In this document: piece after piece, positions 61,132 through 64,000 of the stretch
How positions within the stretch are numbered: position 1 is the first letter of the stretch
How the letters are laid out: each line of letters begins with the position of its first letter
Program-made: the position numbers and the translations under genes
Source of the DNA: Mobula hypostoma
Lineage: Eukaryota
Direction: 5' to 3'
NCBI RefSeq assembly: GCF_963921235.1
Contig: NC_086097.1
Coordinates: forward strand, 102,984,001 to 103,048,000
DNA: 64,000 bases
Notes under the pieces: model-generated
Databases searched by the model: none
What the model saw: the letters and a program-made list of their open reading frames with translations, nothing else
What the model was told of the DNA's origin: nothing

Positions 61132-61682
61132 GCAAACACAAGGAATTTTGCAGATGCTGGAAATTCAAGCAACACACATCGAAGTTGCTGGTGAATGCAG
61201 CAAGTCAGGCAGCATCTCTAGAAAGAGGTACAGTCGACATTTCGGGCTGAGACCTTTCGTCAGGACTAACCGAAAGAAGAGCTAGTAAGAGATTTGAAAG
61301 TGGGAGGGGGAGATCCAAAATGATAGGAAAAGACAGGAGGGGGAGGGATGGAGTCAAGAGCTAGACAGGTGATTGGCAAAAGGGATATGAGAGGATCATG
61401 GGACAGGAGGCCCAGGGAGAAGGAAAAGGGGGAGGGGTGGAAAACCCAGAGGATGGGCAAGGAGTATAGTGAGAGGGACAGAGGGAGAAAAAGAGAGAGA
61501 GAGAGAGCGAGAAAGAATGTGTGTATATAAATAAATAACGGATGGGGTACGAGGGGGAGGTGGGGCATTAGCGGAAGTTAGAGAAGTCAATGTTCATGCC
61601 ATCAGGTTGGAGGCTACCCAGACAGAATATAAGGTGTTGTTCCTCCAACCTGAGTGTGGCTTCATCTTTACAGTAGAGGAGG
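61132..61682 (-). mobile_element. Penelope 3' fragment with hammerhead motif (61231-61268)
   Basis: Terminal repeat plus the end of the GIY-YIG coding sequence. Reverse complement has TAGTC CTGACGA AAGGTCTCAGCCC GAAA TGTC GACTG. Confidence 0.85.
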
Positions 61683-62229
61683 AGGAGAAGAGCTGCAGGC
61701 ACATGGTTTGGGAAAATGTTACCATTCCTTCATTGTTAAGAAAGGGCAAAAAAAGTGCTGTCATGAGATCTGGAGTCGAGTTGCTTTGATGAAATTCAAA
61801 CTAAGTCAGTGAGTAGGTTATTGTCCTCAGCAGCTGCTTAATATCAATGATTCAAGTTCAGTGTAAGCGAACTGGAAAGGGTCCAATGTAATAGGAAGAT
61901 AGGATTTAATGCGATCCATAATCAACCACTGAAAGTACTTCATTATTGAGGTCCGTGCCACTGGGCAATAGTCATTGAGGCAGGTTACTGTTGCCCTCTT
62001 GGGCACTAGGATGATGGTGTTCTCTTGGGAAAGCAACAGTATCAGTGGTACCACAACTGGCTCTGTTGTACAGCAGAGAGGGTCAAAGTCTTGGTAAGCA
62101 GTAAGTCAGGGCCGAGATAACATTTCTGTGGTTGTGAGTGAGATTCGATCTTGTGTTGTTTTCCTCGTGTCAGGGTCACATTGTTCACATGGATGCTGTC
62201 AGTTTTTTTGACAAGACCCCGCATGGCAG

Positions 62230-63890
62230 GCAAGTCTAGAAGATTAGATCACATGGGGTCCTGGGTGAGCGACCAACTGGATACAAAATTGGCTTGGTGG
62301 TAGAGGGCAGAAGGTGGTTGTAGAGGGTTGCTTATCAGTGGAAGCCTATCATCAGGGATCAGTGCTCGGTCCTCTGTTTATTGTATAATTTTTATTAATT
62401 TGGATGAGAAAGTGTGTGGCACCATCAGTAATTTTTCAGATAACACCAAAATTGATGGTACAGAGAACAGTGAAGAAGGTTGTCCAAGTGTACAAAAGGA
62501 TATTGATCAAGTTGGGAATTGGCTAAAGGAATAGCAGATGGAATTTAACTCTGACAAGTGTGAAGTGATGCATTTTCAGTAAGTTAAACCAGAGGCGAAT
62601 GTGCACAATGAATGGCAGAAGCTGGGGAGTGTTGTTGAGTAGAGACCAAGAAGTACAGGTACATAGTTCCCAATGTAGCCCCCTGGTAAGCCTCAGGCTC
62701 GCTCAGCTCATTTTCGTCTAGGGGAAATAGTCTTTGGCCCCGCCAAACTGGGTAATCAAGTTTGTGTAGATGCTGTGTGATGTACCCCACCCCGCCAAAT
62801 AACAGACAGTACATCATATGCGATTTGCAGAATACAATTTATAGATCTTACTGGAACTATGTAATTAATAGAAATACAATATAAAAGGAAAGTAAAAGGC
62901 GCCAAACTTATCAGATTTCAACCACTTCGTGCACAACCGTTGGAGCTCAATGAACGGGGTCTTCTTTCCACCATTCGATCCCTTTCGACCTCCTCAACCT
63001 GCCACCTGGGACCAACCACGATGGTGGACCAGAGGCTCCACACGAGTCTGTCCTCATCTCCTCTCCTTGCCGAAGACCCTGGGCCTCGGACTCCCGCTCG
63101 GGGTCCGTTCTGTCGCCCAGCTTACAGCATCGAGTCTCCTCTCTTTGTCCCCATCGCGCCTTCTGCCTCAAAGTCTGCGAAAACAATAGCTTACAGACAT
63201 GCAAGAAAGAATAACATCTATCCCAATTGGTTAGCAAATGAATACAATTCTCATTATCAGTAATTATAACCCAAAACAAGCTGCTATAGAGAACCACTGT
63301 CTCAGCAGTTAACAGTACAGAGAAGCCATTTTATTTTAACGTAATAAAGAAGCCATTTTATTCACCTTAGCAGTAACATAAAAGAAGAAACCCCTTACAC
63401 CAAAAAGTAGCAACATGGATATACAGTATACTGAAGAGGGTGTATGGCATGTTCACCTTCATTGGCTGGGGCATTGAGTAAAAGAACTGGGACTTCATAT
63501 TACAGGTTATGATGTACAAAACCTTGGTTATGCTTCACCTGGAGTATTGTGTGCAACTCTGCTGATTAAGCTAGAGAGGATACATGAAAGATTCACAGGA
63601 TGTTTATTTAGATGGGAAGAATTAATTATAAGGAAAGATTGATTAGGCTTGGTCTGTTTTCTCTGGAGCAAAGGAGGCTGAGAACTGACTTGATAGAGAA
63701 GTATAAAATTATGTGAGGCATAATTATGATAGGATAGATGGCCAAAGTCTGATTCTTATTGTAGTGGTGCCTAAAACTAGAGGACATGATTTTAAGGTGA
63801 GAGGGAAGAGGTTTAAAGGGCAACTGAGAGGTAAAATTTTGCACACAGTATTTGGTTTCAGGAATAAGCTGTTAGTGGACGTGATAGAGG
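62230..63890 (+). mobile_element. Decayed CR1 LINE 3' part split by a solo LTR
   Basis: FINLDE...ISNFSDNTKI (62328-62534) and KTRGHDFKVRGKRFKG (63713-63901). Confidence 0.78.
62674..63399. mobile_element. Solo LTR (726 bp)
   Basis: TGTAG...TTACA termini and an exact 4-bp TSD CCAA (62670-62673, 63400-63403). It interrupts CR1 sequence. Confidence 0.88.
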
Positions 63891-64000
63891 AAATGAATTA
63901 ACTTGCATCCTTCATATACATGAGTACGTTATGTAACATGCTGTAGTGTTTCACTGCTGTGTAACATGCTGTAAGGTTTCACTGATAATGTAATGGTTTC

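Noticed and set aside
63932..64000. Two 28-bp tandem units (tgtaacatgctgta...gtttcactg)
   Set aside because: Too short and cut by the window edge to classify as a minisatellite or an LTR start.

Overview
Vertebrate genomic DNA, probably a cartilaginous fish such as a ray (inferred from the repeat content only). The only host coding sequence I can support is the first coding exon of TTBK2 (+ strand, 44754-44822, [23 protein letters not shown], then a GTAAGT donor), so most of the window is probably TTBK2 intron or upstream sequence. The rest is a dense, often nested set of decayed transposable elements: Penelope-like GIY-YIG retroelements, CR1 and Rex1/Babar LINEs, a Tx1-like relic, two Tc1 and four Tigger/pogo-like DNA transposons, one complete compact Gypsy element, two related solo LTRs and a tRNA-derived SINE. 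The most interesting signal is in the Penelope family. Its 3' terminal repeat carries a minimal type I hammerhead ribozyme (UAGUC-CUGACGA-A-GGGUCUCGGCCY-GAAA-CG-UC/GACUG), present about 15 times, some copies decayed. It occurs (i) as 100-135 bp TSD-flanked mini-elements that start at the ribozyme boundary, (ii) as head-to-head inverted insertions flanked by one TSD pair, with shorter arms from 7 nt to about 1.1 kb, and (iii) once with the catalytic core cleanly deleted. All coordinates and counts were read by hand. No database search or folding computation was run.
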